NCBI GenBank assembly: GCA_034530875.2
Contig: JAVRCJ020000022.1
Coordinates: 1-64,000 of the forward strand
Source: Nostoc sp. DedSLP01
GTDB taxonomy: Bacteria > Cyanobacteriota > Cyanobacteriia > Cyanobacteriales > Nostocaceae
Direction of reading: 5' to 3'
Length of the DNA: 64,000 nt
A model generated the notes under the pieces. The model was not told where the DNA came from, ran no database searches, and was given only the letters and a program-made list of their open reading frames with translations. Both the position numbers and the translations under genes were made by a program. Of the stretch, positions 10,970 through 22,360 are shown piece after piece; the first letter of the stretch is position 1; the number at the start of each line of letters is the position of its first letter.

Positions 10970-11578
10970 TTACTGTGCTGCCATCCGGTTAGGTTCGCTG
11001 CCCCAATTTTGATTTGTAGATGTAGAACCTGCGGGACGAGAAGGACGGACTGGAGGTTGCGGAACTTCATGAAGAACCCCTCCTTGGGTGCTAACTTGTA
11101 CACAGCTTGGCGTAAACAAAAAGATGCTCTCACCGATGCGCTCTTGATGTCCGTCGAGGGCGTAAGTACCACCTGCGACAAAATCTACTGCTCGCTGAGC
11201 TTGATCTGGATCCATGATTGTCAGATTTAATACCACTGACTTACGTTCTCGCAACGCTTGAATTGCCTGGGGCATTTCTTCAAAGGTGCGTGGCTCGAGT
11301 ACTAAAACTTCAGAAATTCCGTTAATTGCTCCTGGCATACCAATCACATTCCCCATTGGCTTTGACCCTGCTGATATCTCTTCTCCCATTGTAGGCACTG
11401 GTTCCCGCCAACGTCGATTAGCAGTTGCTGGGGTTTCTTGTGGTACTGGTTGGGGATTTTCTTGCTGATACAGATTTTGGTAATTATTCTCTGTATCTGG
11501 TTCTTCTTCGTAATACTCGTATTCCACTTGCTCATTTAGACCTACAAAGTCTCTGAGTTTGGAAAATATGTTGTTCAT
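10970..11578 (-). CDS. sepF: Cell division protein SepF
   Basis: EPRTFEE...[31 protein letters not shown]; follows the yggS/pipY gene. Confidence 0.95.
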   Translation of the reverse strand: MNNIFSKLRDFVGLNEQVEYEYYEEEPDTENNYQNLYQQENPQPVPQETPATANRRWREPVPTMGEEISAGSKPMGNVIGMPGAINGISEVLVLEPRTFEEMPQAIQALRERKSVVLNLTIMDPDQAQRAVDFVAGGTYALDGHQERIGESIFLFTPSCVQVSTQGGVLHEVPQPPVRPSRPAGSTSTNQNWGSEPNRMAAQ

Positions 11579-11942
11579 TCTGTACTTCTCCTGGTGCGAA
11601 TAGCCGGTATTGACTTGGCTTCAGATTGATTGAGCCATGCGCGATCGCTACATTAGGTGGATACTTCAGCAAATATATTGCTATTTGTAGCCTAAACTAC
11701 GGGCTTGGCGATGAACAGGAACTTTTGCTTAAGCTCTGTACATCGCCTAAACATAATAATGAGTCAAGATTATATCCTAAGGTTTGTCCGAAGGAAAGTT
11801 CTTTTTACCCGAATTTTACTTGGCGATTGCTCTTGTCAATACTATATCCTTTGTCTCCAATTGCACCAGTCTGTTACAAAATTGTTGTCATCAAATTCCA
11901 ATCTCTAATTAATACTCAACTGCTAGGCTGATAACTAGTAGG

Positions 11943-12611
11943 TTAAAGGCGATCGCCAAACAAGATGGTTCCTAATCGTACCATCGTCGCACCTGCTTGC
12001 ACTGCCAGTTCGTAGTCGCCTGACATACCCATAGATAAGTGCTGCATTTTTATGTGCGGCCAGTTTTGCTCTTGGATTTCTTTTGCTAATTCGCGGCATC
12101 GATTAAACACACTCAGAATTTCGCTATCATCCAATCCTAAAGGCGGAATTGTCATCAAACCTTGAATTTGTAAAGTTTTGCATTGATTGAGGGTAGGTAG
12201 ATCGGCCAAAAGTTCGGGTACGCTCCAGCCCGATTTGTTAGGATCGGGGAGAATTTTCACTTGCAAGCAAACTTCGGGACTCACTCCTAGCTGTTGCGCT
12301 AATTCTTCTAAGCGCACTGCCAGCTTCAAATTATCTACGGAGTGAATCCACTGGAATTGTTCGATGGCTTTTTTGGCTTTATTGCTTTGCAAATGTCCAA
12401 TAAAGTGCCAAATAATATCCGGTAAGTCTTGCAACTGGGCTTGTTTAGTCGTGGCTTCTTGGATGCGGCTTTCCCCAAAATCACGAATTCCTGCGTTATA
12501 TGCACAGCGAATCGCCTCAGCAGAGACTTGCTTGCTAACAGCAATCAATCTAACTGAGGCTGGTAGTGAGGAGCGAATGGTAACAATACGTTCGTCAATC
12601 GAACTGCTCAT
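11943..12611 (-). CDS. pipY: PLP homeostasis protein YggS/PipY
   Basis: LIAVSK, FGESRIQE, WHFIGHLQSNK and LSMGMSGDY motifs; overlaps the pipX stop. Confidence 0.95.
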   Translation of the reverse strand: MSSSIDERIVTIRSSLPASVRLIAVSKQVSAEAIRCAYNAGIRDFGESRIQEATTKQAQLQDLPDIIWHFIGHLQSNKAKKAIEQFQWIHSVDNLKLAVRLEELAQQLGVSPEVCLQVKILPDPNKSGWSVPELLADLPTLNQCKTLQIQGLMTIPPLGLDDSEILSVFNRCRELAKEIQEQNWPHIKMQHLSMGMSGDYELAVQAGATMVRLGTILFGDRL

Positions 12612-12886
12612 TGGAAGGTGCGTTGGAAAACACTCTGAAGCTGATCGTACTCCTGAGATTGCCCACTGCGACGCAGAGTACGCAAGCGATTTTCCAACAT
12701 CATTCTAGCTTCGGTGCGTCCTATAGGCTGGAACTTAATACCTTTAATGTCATTTGCCACCAAAAAAAATAAACGCTGGGCATAAAGTGTCGTAAATAGA
12801 TCTTGGTTCTCATCAACCATACAGATCTTGTAAAGTAAACCCCAAGTTGGATGATTTATGTAAGTTTCTGCGTTTTCTGGATTCAT
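12608..12886 (-). CDS. pipX: PII/NtcA-interacting protein PipX
   Basis: ETYINHPTWGLLY...LFTTLYAQRLFFLV signature; pipX-pipY-sepF-proC order. Confidence 0.95.
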   Translation of the reverse strand: MNPENAETYINHPTWGLLYKICMVDENQDLFTTLYAQRLFFLVANDIKGIKFQPIGRTEARMMLENRLRTLRRSGQSQEYDQLQSVFQRTFQ

Positions 12887-13337
12887 TTAATGGTCAAGGT
12901 GGGAATAAGTATGGGTTTTCACAGTTAGTTTCAAATATTCAGACGATGATACCTTCCTTTCGTCAGAATATTTTCTTAAAATGCGAAACTGTGGTTCTGA
13001 AGACCTCGATCTAGTTTGCGATCGCCAAATTAAGCTACTGGTAGTGAGGCGCAATTTGTTAAAAACTTGGCGTAGCGAGGGAAAACACCCGATAAACTTC
13101 CCAAAGGCAAACGGCCAACATTCTAACTTCTTTCCATACTGCCACAACTGTCGGCTAATGGAGCAAAATTAGGTTATTTGGATGGGGAATAGGGAGTGGG
13201 GAGTAGGAACTTGGAGACTGGGGACTGGGGACTAGGAGATGGGGAGATGGGAGGACAAGGGGACAAGGGGAGGTGTGGGAAGAATAACCAATGCCCAATG
13301 CCCAATGCCTTGTATCTATTCCCTATTCCCTATTCCC

Positions 13338-14891
13338 TTATTGATGATTATTCAGCGTTTTAAGTGCTGCCAGTTGTGCTTGAGCTTTGTGCAGAGATTC
13401 ATACCATTCTTTCTCTGGGTCGCTGTCTGCAACGATTCCAGCACCAACTTGTCCCCAGACGATATTGAGTTGGGGATAGGAAGTTTCTCCCCCTGCTCTC
13501 TTCTCAGGGGCTAGTAATAGGGTGCGGATTAAAATATTTAAGTCTAGATTACCGCGCCAATCTAAATAGCCACAGGAACCGTAGAATAAGCTGCGTCGCA
13601 CGGGTTCTAGTTCTTCGATAATTTCCATGCAACGGATTTTTGGACAACCTGTAATTGTGCCACCAGGGAAGGTGGCGCGAATCAAATCAGTGGTGGTGCA
13701 TTCGTCTTTTAAAGTTCCTTTGATGTTGCTGACAAGATGCATGACATGGCTATATCGCTCAATTGTTAGCAATTCGTCTACAATGACACTTCCCCATTCA
13801 CAAACTCGTCCTAAATCATTGCGTTCCAAATCTACCAGCATGATGTGTTCTGCACGTTCTTTGGTGTTGCTGAGTAAATCTTGTGCTAGCTGAATATCTT
13901 GTTCTGGAGTTGCACCACGCGATCGCGTCCCGGCGATGGGTCTGGTTTCGGCTTGTCGATTTTGCAGCAATACCAAGCGTTCTGGCGAACAACTCATCAC
14001 TTCTCCCCAAGGCGTTTGCCAATAGCTGGCAAAAGGAGAAGGATTGATTTTTTGCAAGGTTTGGTAAATTTCCCAGCCAGAAGCCGCTGTAGAGGCTTGA
14101 AATCGCAATGAAAGATTTGCCTGAAAGATGTCTCCAGCTTGAATATATTTTTTCGCCTGGTTGACAGTTGTTTCATAATCTGATTGCAATGTCAAGAAAA
14201 GAGGCGGGGGAGCAGCGCGCAGCGAACAGGGGGGAGGATTTTCTGCTCTGCCGTCTGCCTCTTGTGCATCCATTTGTCTCTTGTGCAATTTTTCTTCTAA
14301 TTCATCAAGTCCACTCGGCTCGCTGGCGGCTAGCCAAAGAATTTGTTCGGCGTGATCTAAAACAGTAAAACAATCTGGTTCGTACCAAAAAGCTACGGGA
14401 AATGGTAGGGGATCAATTTTAGTAGTGGGTAACCGTTCAATTTCCCATGCAGCATCGTAGCCTAGCCAACCCAACCAACCACCAAGGAAGGGGAGGTGGG
14501 GAGGTGGGGCATTGGGCATTGGGCATTGGGCATTGGGCAAGCAGGGAGTGTGGGAGGTTTGGGAAGAAATCTTTCCCCCCTCTCTCCCCACACTTCCCCA
14601 TCTCCCCATCTCCCCATCCCCCTCTAGCCCTTGTTGCAAGAGATTTTCTAGGAAGGGAAAAATCTGTCCTAGTGCTGGCGTCCACATTTGTGGTACGCCA
14701 TCTACTAGACGAGGTGCGCCTGCACAGATAGAATATCGGCTGAGTTGGGGATGTGCAATTGGTGTGGGGTAGGGGCTTTCTAGTAGGGTAGCAATTCCTG
14801 CTGTGGTGGTGGGGCGAAACAAGGCAGCAAAAATTTCGGAACCTGTACGCTTTTTTAAGGGTAGCGATCGCCAATACCAAGCCTTGGTCAT
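13338..14891 (-). CDS. Chorismate-binding enzyme, anthranilate synthase component I family (probably PabB-type ADC synthase)
   Basis: GDIFQANLS, SPERL, PIAGT, KERAEHIMLVDLERNDLGRV and FPGGTITGCPK motifs; contains repeat-derived insertions. Confidence 0.88.
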   Translation of the reverse strand: MTKAWYWRSLPLKKRTGSEIFAALFRPTTTAGIATLLESPYPTPIAHPQLSRYSICAGAPRLVDGVPQMWTPALGQIFPFLENLLQQGLEGDGEMGRWGSVGREGGKISSQTSHTPCLPNAQCPMPNAPPPHLPFLGGWLGWLGYDAAWEIERLPTTKIDPLPFPVAFWYEPDCFTVLDHAEQILWLAASEPSGLDELEEKLHKRQMDAQEADGRAENPPPCSLRAAPPPLFLTLQSDYETTVNQAKKYIQAGDIFQANLSLRFQASTAASGWEIYQTLQKINPSPFASYWQTPWGEVMSCSPERLVLLQNRQAETRPIAGTRSRGATPEQDIQLAQDLLSNTKERAEHIMLVDLERNDLGRVCEWGSVIVDELLTIERYSHVMHLVSNIKGTLKDECTTTDLIRATFPGGTITGCPKIRCMEIIEELEPVRRSLFYGSCGYLDWRGNLDLNILIRTLLLAPEKRAGGETSYPQLNIVWGQVGAGIVADSDPEKEWYESLHKAQAQLAALKTLNNHQ

Positions 14892-14914
14892 AGTATTTAG
14901 ATCTCGATGGCAAA

Positions 14915-15835
14915 TTAGACTTTGGTTCCTACAGCTAGCCGTATTCCCCAGAATAAGACTAAAGTTGCAATAGCAAGCCAGTCAAGAGCTTTTAATCTTA
15001 AGTCGTGCCACTGCACTCGATGTTCGTTGGGACTGGTAAAACCCCGCACCATCATTGCATTGGCCATTTGTTCGGCTCGTAAGAGTAGATTGTCTAATAA
15101 TCTCTCTGCAACTGTCATCCAAACTTTAAATCCGCCTTTTAATCCCAACTTTTTCCAATTAATTGCCCTTGTCATGACGGAACGAAATAAGTTCTGTACT
15201 TCTTCTAAAACTAAGGGAATAAAACGCAAAGATAAAGTTAAAGTTAAAGCAATTTCTGTAACAGGCAACTTCAGACGCCGTAGGGGTTGCATTAAGCTTT
15301 CTATACCAGATGTGATTTCTTCTGGTGCAGTTGTCAGCAGATACAAGTTGGTGCTGTAAATTACGGTAAATATAATCGAACTCAGACTGATTCCCAAATC
15401 CAAGGAACGGCGAGTTACTCGAACCGGGCCTTTGTGAAATAGCACGTAGCTGTATTTTTGCCCGCCGATTGTTTGTTCTTCAACTATATTATTGGAGTTT
15501 GCTGGCTGGGTTAGTACTTGTTCGTTTGCTGGCAGGCGTGGCTGATAATCTACGCCCATTGCATCGGGGCTGATGGCTGCGATCGCTAGGACAAAAAATG
15601 ATAGCATCAACAGCCAACCCATTTGCTGCCGCCACACTCGTCGGGGAATCTTGGCAAATAAGGTAGTGATAATCAATAGTACGACTAGCAGCACCCGCCA
15701 AAAGTTGTTGGCTAATACATAGCTGGTTAAAAAACTCATCAACCAGGCAAACTTGACTCGCGGATCGATTTTATGCAACCAAGTTTGGGGTTGTTCTAAA
15801 TAAAGTCCAAGTGGGAGCGTTCGCAGTAAATCCAT
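14915..15835 (-). CDS. ECF transporter transmembrane component T (EcfT/CbiQ family)
   Basis: LHKIDPRVK, LRFIP, and two Arg motifs (TRA, VRGF). Confidence 0.88.
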   Translation of the reverse strand: MDLLRTLPLGLYLEQPQTWLHKIDPRVKFAWLMSFLTSYVLANNFWRVLLVVLLIITTLFAKIPRRVWRQQMGWLLMLSFFVLAIAAISPDAMGVDYQPRLPANEQVLTQPANSNNIVEEQTIGGQKYSYVLFHKGPVRVTRRSLDLGISLSSIIFTVIYSTNLYLLTTAPEEITSGIESLMQPLRRLKLPVTEIALTLTLSLRFIPLVLEEVQNLFRSVMTRAINWKKLGLKGGFKVWMTVAERLLDNLLLRAEQMANAMMVRGFTSPNEHRVQWHDLRLKALDWLAIATLVLFWGIRLAVGTKV

Positions 15836-15949
15836 GTTTCAATTTTAGATTTTAGATTTTGGATTTTGGATTATGACGGTGGTTGTGATTCTCTAATGTT
15901 TTGGACTTTAACCTAATTTGCCCGAATCTAAAATCTAAAATCCAAAATT

Positions 15950-17311
15950 CTAGACGCGTGTTGCTCGATTAACACTACCACTTTCAACATCACGAACTTT
16001 TTTACTCCGCCAGAGTAAACGAATGGGGCTACCTTTAAATCCTAGCTGTTGCCGGAATTGTCGCTCAATGTAGCGGCGGTAGTTGTCGTTAAAGCGTTTG
16101 GCATCGTTGACAAATAAGGCGATGGTTGGTGGCTGGCTACTTACTTGCGTACCATAATAAATTTTGCCCTGACGCCCGCTACGGGAGGCTGGCGGTGAAT
16201 GCCAACTCACAGCATCAGTTAATACTTCGTTAATAACTGATGTGCTGACTCGGCGTTTGTGCGATTCCGCCGCTATGTTGACTACTTCTAAAATCTTTTC
16301 TACCCGTTGTCCTGTTAAAGCACTGACAAATATTGTTTCTGCCCATTCGGTAAAATGTAACCGGGCTTGCAGACTTTTTTCATAGTCGTAGATTGTGTAA
16401 GAGTCTTTCTCTACAGCATCCCACTTATTAACTACGATGACACAGGCTCGACCTTCGTCGATAATTCGCCCAGCTAATTTTTGGTCTTGCTCGGTGACTC
16501 CATCTAGGGCATCAAGTACTAATAAAACCACATCAGCGCGGCGAATCGCTTTGAAAGCCCGATTTATACTAAAGAATTCTGTGCCGTATTCTATCTGTTT
16601 CTTTTTGCGAATTCCAGCAGTGTCAATTAAGCGATAGGTTTGTCCGTCTTTTTCAACCACGGTATCAATTGCATCGCGGGTTGTTCCAGAAATTGGACTA
16701 ACTATAGCTCTTTCTTCGCCAACAAAAGCATTGAGCAAACTAGATTTGCCCACATTTGGGCGTCCGACGATTGCAACTTTGATTTCGTTACTTTCTGGGA
16801 TTTCTCCAACAGTAGGAATGTGATTAATTAATTCGTCGAGTAACTCTCCTGTACCACTTCCATGAATTGCCGAGATGGGATAAGGTTCGCCGAGTCCCAA
16901 TTCCCAAAATTCCGCAGCTTGGATGATTCCTTGTTCTGGAGATTCACATTTATTGACAGCTAATAGCACGGGTACAGGTTGTTGGCGCAACCAAGTAGCA
17001 ATTTCTTGATCTGCTGAGGTGGGGCCTGTTTGACCGTTGACTACAAAAATAGCAGCACTCGCTTCTCTTAGTGCTGTCATTGCTTGTTGGCGAATCAGTG
17101 GTAGGAATTCGGTATCATCATTAAAAACTAAACCACCTGTGTCTACCACTAAAAATTCCCGATCGCGCCAGTAAGCCTCCATATAAGTGCGATCGCGTGT
17201 TACTCCAGGTTCATCATGGACAATCGCCGTTTGTTCCCCGGCGAGACGATTAACCAGGGTAGATTTGCCCACATTTGGGCGTCCGATAATAGCAACAATT
17301 GGCAGTCCCAT
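15950..17311 (-). CDS. der: Ribosome biogenesis GTPase Der (EngA)
   Basis: Two tandem G-domains (GRPNVGKS twice, DTGG/DTAG, NKCE/NKWD) and a KH-like C-terminus. Confidence 0.98.
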   Translation of the reverse strand: MGLPIVAIIGRPNVGKSTLVNRLAGEQTAIVHDEPGVTRDRTYMEAYWRDREFLVVDTGGLVFNDDTEFLPLIRQQAMTALREASAAIFVVNGQTGPTSADQEIATWLRQQPVPVLLAVNKCESPEQGIIQAAEFWELGLGEPYPISAIHGSGTGELLDELINHIPTVGEIPESNEIKVAIVGRPNVGKSSLLNAFVGEERAIVSPISGTTRDAIDTVVEKDGQTYRLIDTAGIRKKKQIEYGTEFFSINRAFKAIRRADVVLLVLDALDGVTEQDQKLAGRIIDEGRACVIVVNKWDAVEKDSYTIYDYEKSLQARLHFTEWAETIFVSALTGQRVEKILEVVNIAAESHKRRVSTSVINEVLTDAVSWHSPPASRSGRQGKIYYGTQVSSQPPTIALFVNDAKRFNDNYRRYIERQFRQQLGFKGSPIRLLWRSKKVRDVESGSVNRATRV

Positions 17312-17617
17312 AAAACCAGGGTAAGTGAGAGACGTAGTATATCACATACTTAAATTATATGAGGGAGTGGGGAGGTGGGGAGTAGGGAGAAACAAAAAAC
17401 TCTTGACTCCTAACCCTCACAGGCTAAACGGTTTGAAAAAAACTAACAGCATTTCCAATGCCCTATTCCCTACTCCCTACTCCCTTTTTCTGCCAATAAA
17501 AAAAGGTAGGTGACCCTACCTCGAACCCAAAAAAAGCATTTTGTAACCAAATACCAGATCAAATATCACACAGGGTTTTGACAAATCCATTGCGAAACTA
17601 TGACAAAGGTGTGACAG

Positions 17618-18814
17618 TTAATTTTGAGTAGATTTGGCTATTACCCCAAGTTGTAATCCAGGTGGGTAACTACCTTCTTGTTTAATACGCTTGATTTCAG
17701 CATCACTTATACGCAAATTTAATTTTTGCGCTAATGCCCGTACAATATCTCCACGGTCAATGACTCCAGCTACCGTACCAGCAGGAGAAAGTACTGTAAT
17801 CCAAGGTAAGTGCTGATTTTCTAGTTTGTTAATTACTTCAGCCATAGATGTGGATTCGGCAACATGAGGTATTTCTGTCAACGGACGGGCAATGTTTTGT
17901 ACGGTTTGGGTTTCCCATTGACTTCTTTCAATTAAACGTAAATCATCGATAGAAACCAAACCCCGGTAACGTCCATCAGAAGCAGCAAAATAAACTTGTG
18001 AGGGTGCGGTTTCTAACAGATATAAATCGGCAAACGAACGCAATGTCTGGTCGGCATCAACTACCCGATAGTCGCGGGTCATAGCATCGGACGCCACCAC
18101 CTTTAACAGGCTTTCTTGTAATGTGGTCACGTTGTCGTAGGTGTTGGCGTTACGGACGGCAAACCAACCCAACAAAGCAACCCACAAACCAACTACTAAC
18201 TCTCTGGTCGCGAAATCGATCGCAAATCCTAAAGCGATCGCAGCATAACCCAAAATTTGCCCCGCCCTTGCGGCCCAGTGTACGGCTTGGAAACGATTAC
18301 CTGTTATTTGCCATAGTGCTGCTTTTAACACTTGTCCTCCATCTAAAGGTAAGCCAGGAATCATGTTAAATAGCGCCACTACCAGGTTAATTCTTGCCAA
18401 ATCTTCCACCATCATAGTGACCGGACTAGTATCAGGTAAAAAAATGGCTAGCAAACGCAGCACAATAAACAAGATGATACTCACCAAAGGCCCGGCGATC
18501 GCTACTTGAAATGCTTGTAGCGGAGTTTTAGATTCTTCTTCTATGGCGGCGATACCGCCAAATAAAAATAGGGTGATAGAGTTGACTTTAATCCCTTGCG
18601 ATCGGGCTACTAAGCTATGACCCAACTCATGTAGCAAAACTGAACCAAATAGCAGCAGTGCCATTACTATCCCAGCACTCCAAGCTATAGCATTCCCCCA
18701 TTCTTGGTAAGCTACCCCAAAATTTAGAGTTGCTAACCCTAAAATTACAAACCACAAGGGGTCTAAAAACAGAGGAATTCCAAATAAAGACCCAATTTTC
18801 CAATTTGTTTGCAT
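17618..18814 (-). CDS. Site-2 (M50) metalloprotease with CBS domains
   Basis: HELGH zinc motif, NMIPGLPLDGG, C-terminal CBS pair. Confidence 0.92.
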   Translation of the reverse strand: MQTNWKIGSLFGIPLFLDPLWFVILGLATLNFGVAYQEWGNAIAWSAGIVMALLLFGSVLLHELGHSLVARSQGIKVNSITLFLFGGIAAIEEESKTPLQAFQVAIAGPLVSIILFIVLRLLAIFLPDTSPVTMMVEDLARINLVVALFNMIPGLPLDGGQVLKAALWQITGNRFQAVHWAARAGQILGYAAIALGFAIDFATRELVVGLWVALLGWFAVRNANTYDNVTTLQESLLKVVASDAMTRDYRVVDADQTLRSFADLYLLETAPSQVYFAASDGRYRGLVSIDDLRLIERSQWETQTVQNIARPLTEIPHVAESTSMAEVINKLENQHLPWITVLSPAGTVAGVIDRGDIVRALAQKLNLRISDAEIKRIKQEGSYPPGLQLGVIAKSTQN

Positions 18815-19109
18815 TAGACTTGTCCCAAAACTGGATATTTTTAATAGCTCCTACACCGTAAGATTTCGTAAATTTTGGTAAATATATATCCCAAGCATCA
18901 CTGAATTGATGCTCAAAGAACGAATGCCCTAATTTCTAGAATAAACATAATGAACTACTCATGGTTCAGTCGAATCATGAGTAGTTCGCAACTTACACCC
19001 TCAGTTAGAGTAAATATACTCAGGCTGACTGGCTAATTATCACTCGTGCTTCTTGCTAGAGAAAGAACCAGAATTCTTAATCCAAGGTTAGAAGCAAGGC
19101 TTATATGAA

Positions 19110-19281
19110 GGAGGCAGGAGGCAGGAGGCAGAAGGCAGAAGGTTCCGTTCTCCAAGGGGATTTAGGCTCCCCGTGAACGGGCAGCCACCAAATTGAAAAT
19201 TTGGTGGGGGTCTTAAACCGCAAACTCGCTCTGGTCGTGGCAGGAAGCTCTAGGGCAGTTTTCCTCCTGCCTCCTGCCTTC
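19110..19281. repeat. Dispersed miniature element with inverted GGCAGGA-type heptamer ends and internal hairpins
   Basis: gaggcaggaggcagg at the left end, cctcctgcctcctgccttc at the right; internal hairpin ccaccaaatt..aatttggtgg. Confidence 0.55.
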
Positions 19282-19297
19282 GCTGATAATTCAAAAC

Positions 19298-19549
19298 CTA
19301 CAGACGGCCGATATTAGTTAAGCCTAAAACAATACCAGCGCCGATCACATGACCAAAAGCCATCGCCGCAATGAATGTTGGAACGCTGACCGGCAGAATC
19401 GGCAACTTGGGCCCAACTAAGGGTTTTTCAATCTTAGTACTGAGCAAAAGAACTATTAGGCTACTAAGGCTGATGATGATTCCTACTGTGGGAGTCCATA
19501 CGGGTGTTGGAGGAACAGAAGTTGCTGCTAGTAAAGTAGATGAAATCAA
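19298..19549 (-). CDS. psaK: Photosystem I subunit PsaK
   Basis: PxTPxWTP...AAMAFGHVIGAGIVLGLTNIG; TTG start. Confidence 0.9.
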   Translation of the reverse strand: MISSTLLAATSVPPTPVWTPTVGIIISLSSLIVLLLSTKIEKPLVGPKLPILPVSVPTFIAAMAFGHVIGAGIVLGLTNIGRL

Positions 19550-19670
19550 GCTTTTGTCTCCTAAATGGAAAACTGAATGTAGACCTACAAGATTATAAAG
19601 TTAGCAGGCGCAAAAGTTTTGGAGATAGTTTAGACTTTTCTGATGATTGTTTTAAATTTGTGAAATTTTG

Positions 19671-20312
19671 ATGCGCGTTAAGATTTGCGGTATTACTCAA
19701 CCAGAGCAGTCTATGGCGATCGCGTCTCTTGGCGCAACGGCGCTAGGGTTTATGTGCGTGCCTACTTCGCCTCGCTACGTCACGACAGTGCAAATTCAAG
19801 CAGCAGTGGCACAATTACCAGAAAATATCGACAAAATTGGCGTTTTCGCTAACGCTAGCATTGCCGAAATCAAGCAAATAGTTGCTGACTCTGGGTTAAC
19901 TGGCGTGCAGTTACACGGTGATGAATCGCCAGAATTTTGCTACCAATTACGTCAAGCTTTGCCGTATATCGAAATTCTCAAAGCCTTTAGGGTTCGCGGC
20001 CTTGAGTATCTTGAAACAACGTCTGAATACGTAGAATACGTAGATACTTTTTTACTAGATGCCTACCATCCGCAACAACTGGGCGGTACAGGCAAAACCT
20101 TAGATTGGACAATGCTACAGCAATTTAACTCCAATCGCCCTTGGTTTTTAGCTGGGGGGCTGACACCAAATAATATTATTCAAGCTTTGAGCCAGGTCAA
20201 TCCCAACGGCATTGACTTATCTAGCGGCGTGGAACGCGCACCTGGAGATAAAGATTTAGATAAAGTAGCACTCTTGTTTGAGCAGCTGGGGAGATGGGGA
20301 GATGGGGAGTAG
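19671..20312 (+). CDS. trpF: Phosphoribosylanthranilate isomerase
   Basis: VKICGIT, VQLHGDE, GGTGKT, LAGGL and DLSSGVE motifs. Confidence 0.96.
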   Translation: MRVKICGITQPEQSMAIASLGATALGFMCVPTSPRYVTTVQIQAAVAQLPENIDKIGVFANASIAEIKQIVADSGLTGVQLHGDESPEFCYQLRQALPYIEILKAFRVRGLEYLETTSEYVEYVDTFLLDAYHPQQLGGTGKTLDWTMLQQFNSNRPWFLAGGLTPNNIIQALSQVNPNGIDLSSGVERAPGDKDLDKVALLFEQLGRWGDGE

Positions 20313-20482
20313 GGAGTAGGGAGATGGGGAGATTGGGAAATGGGGAAGTGTGGGGACTAAGGGGGAAATGAGGAGATGGGGAAGTGTGGGGAGTGTGGGG
20401 GGAAAGATTTCTTCCCCATCCTCCCACACCTCCCACACCTCCTGCTTGCCCTATTCCCTATTCCCTATTCCCCACTCCCTAT
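20286..20482. repeat. STRR heptamer cluster (GGGGAGA / CCCTATT) with a dispersed ~60-bp element
   Basis: Tandem ggggagat, gggagta and ccctatt heptamers between the convergent trpF and folE. Confidence 0.8.
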
Positions 20483-20485
20483 TCG

Positions 20486-21193
20486 CTAAATAAACGTTGC
20501 TTGGTGGCGAATCAAGTTAAAGAGTTCTTCGCGGGTTTTGTGTTCTTCTTGAAACACACCAACCATTGCGCTAGTTACAGTCCAAGAACCTGGTTTCTGG
20601 ACTCCCCGCATTACCATACACATGTGAGTAGCTTCCATGACAACGGCGACGCCTTGAGGTTCGAGAATGGTCTGAATAGCTTCGGCAATTTGGCGGGTTA
20701 ATCTCTCTTGTACTTGCATACGGCGAGAATACATTTCGACTATCCGGGCTAGCTTACTTAATCCCACAACTTTTTGATTGGGAATATAAGCAACGTGCGC
20801 TCTACCCATAAAGGGCAACATGTGGTGTTCGCACAAACTAAAGAAATTAATATCTCGCACGAGTACCATTTCGTTATGCCCTTCGTCAAAGATGGCATCG
20901 TTAACGAGTTGTTCGAGGGATTGGTTGTAGCCACTGGTGAGAAACCGCATTGCCTCGGCTACTCGTTTGGGTGTTTTGAGGAGTCCTTCGCGTTCCGGGT
21001 CTTCTCCAACTCCTAAGATTAATGTCCGCACAGCATCCATCATTTGATCCATCTGTTCCTCTTTGGGCGGGAACACATCTGCCTGTCGTCCATTATGGGT
21101 ATTGCGATCGGGTCTTGGAGTGATGGCGTCTGCTAAATCGGAGATTAAAGGTGATTGAGAATAATTGGAACCGTTGGAACTAGCGGTAGTCAT
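20486..21193 (-). CDS. folE: GTP cyclohydrolase I
   Basis: [26 protein letters not shown] and HMCMVMRG motifs. Confidence 0.97.
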   Translation of the reverse strand: MTTASSNGSNYSQSPLISDLADAITPRPDRNTHNGRQADVFPPKEEQMDQMMDAVRTLILGVGEDPEREGLLKTPKRVAEAMRFLTSGYNQSLEQLVNDAIFDEGHNEMVLVRDINFFSLCEHHMLPFMGRAHVAYIPNQKVVGLSKLARIVEMYSRRMQVQERLTRQIAEAIQTILEPQGVAVVMEATHMCMVMRGVQKPGSWTVTSAMVGVFQEEHKTREELFNLIRHQATFI

Positions 21194-21276
21194 AATTGGG
21201 TGTTGATTATGGTTTGGTCATTGGTTATTGGTCGTTAGTCATTTGCGAGGAACAAAGGACAAACACAAAGGACAAA

Positions 21277-22002
21277 TTAGAGTGCGCCTGCACTGGGCAT
21301 TATTGTCAATTCATCGATAACTGCCTGTGGTGGTAACAAAACTGTGTGGAGAATTGTTTGGGCAACAGTTTCCGGAGTTAACATTTTGGAACGGTCTAAA
21401 TCGACATTGACTGTTTCTGTGTCCCAAATTTCGGTATTGACTGCGCCAGGATTTATAGTTGTAACACGAATGCCGTGGGTACGTTCTTCTTGTGCCAAGG
21501 TTTGAGAGAGAGCTAACAAACCGGCTTTGCTGACGCTATATGCCCCCCAATGGGGAAATGCTTGCTTGGCGGCAATGGAGGCGATGTTGATAATTGTGCC
21601 TCTGCCCCGATCGCGCATTAATGGCAATAATGCGGTAATACACTGAAATACACTAGTAAGATTCAGGTCAATTACTTTTTGCCAATCTGATAAAGGAGTT
21701 TCGCTTAAGCTACCTGTATATCCAATGCCGGCATTGTTGACCAAAATATCTATATCGCCAAAGTCAAGGGCGATCGCTTGGATCTTGTCTTTTACTTGCA
21801 AGACCTGCTCTAGATCGACAGCGTAAGCTTTTGCTGTCACTCCAGTATGCTCTAGAGCTTCTCTAAGGGCCTCCAACTTATCTAAAGAACGGCTGACTAA
21901 AGCAACATCTATGCCCGCCTTTGCAAAGGCTAAAGCAGTTGCTTTCCCAATTCCACTACTGGCCCCAGTAATCAGGGCGCGTCGTTTTTGCTCGGCACTC
22001 AT
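21277..22002 (-). CDS. SDR family oxidoreductase
   Basis: TGASSGIG, NNAG and YxxxK (YSVSK) motifs. Confidence 0.92.
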   Translation of the reverse strand: MSAEQKRRALITGASSGIGKATALAFAKAGIDVALVSRSLDKLEALREALEHTGVTAKAYAVDLEQVLQVKDKIQAIALDFGDIDILVNNAGIGYTGSLSETPLSDWQKVIDLNLTSVFQCITALLPLMRDRGRGTIINIASIAAKQAFPHWGAYSVSKAGLLALSQTLAQEERTHGIRVTTINPGAVNTEIWDTETVNVDLDRSKMLTPETVAQTILHTVLLPPQAVIDELTIMPSAGAL

Positions 22003-22360
22003 GGTGTCTCCCAATTTTTTGGCAATTCCCAAAGCCTATTACTACCCAATTATTCTCATCTTTGAGTTTCGATAGATTAAAGGAATCTAAAAATCCGATG
22101 ATTTTCATTGAGCAACTGCTATGATGCAGTGCAATAGCTGGTATATTGTGGGTTTTCCCAGTAAAGACTACTAATCGTCTCCTGAGAAGTAACCCCCTAC
22201 ACTCGGACTCAATTACTTGTAATACAAAATCTACTCAACCATATTAAGTAGATTCGCCAAATATGCAAATGCCTATGGCTAACCAGATTGTTAAAAATCT
22301 TTAAGCACCATAGGCGATTATAGCATTGGTATTTAGTTAATCGATCGCTATCTAGTGTTT

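Noticed and set aside
12887..13147. 86-aa ORF directly upstream of pipX
   Set aside because: No recognisable motifs; more simply the pipX promoter/leader region
9932..17311. der-pipX-pipY-sepF-proC linkage as novel
   Set aside because: Known conserved synteny in cyanobacteria
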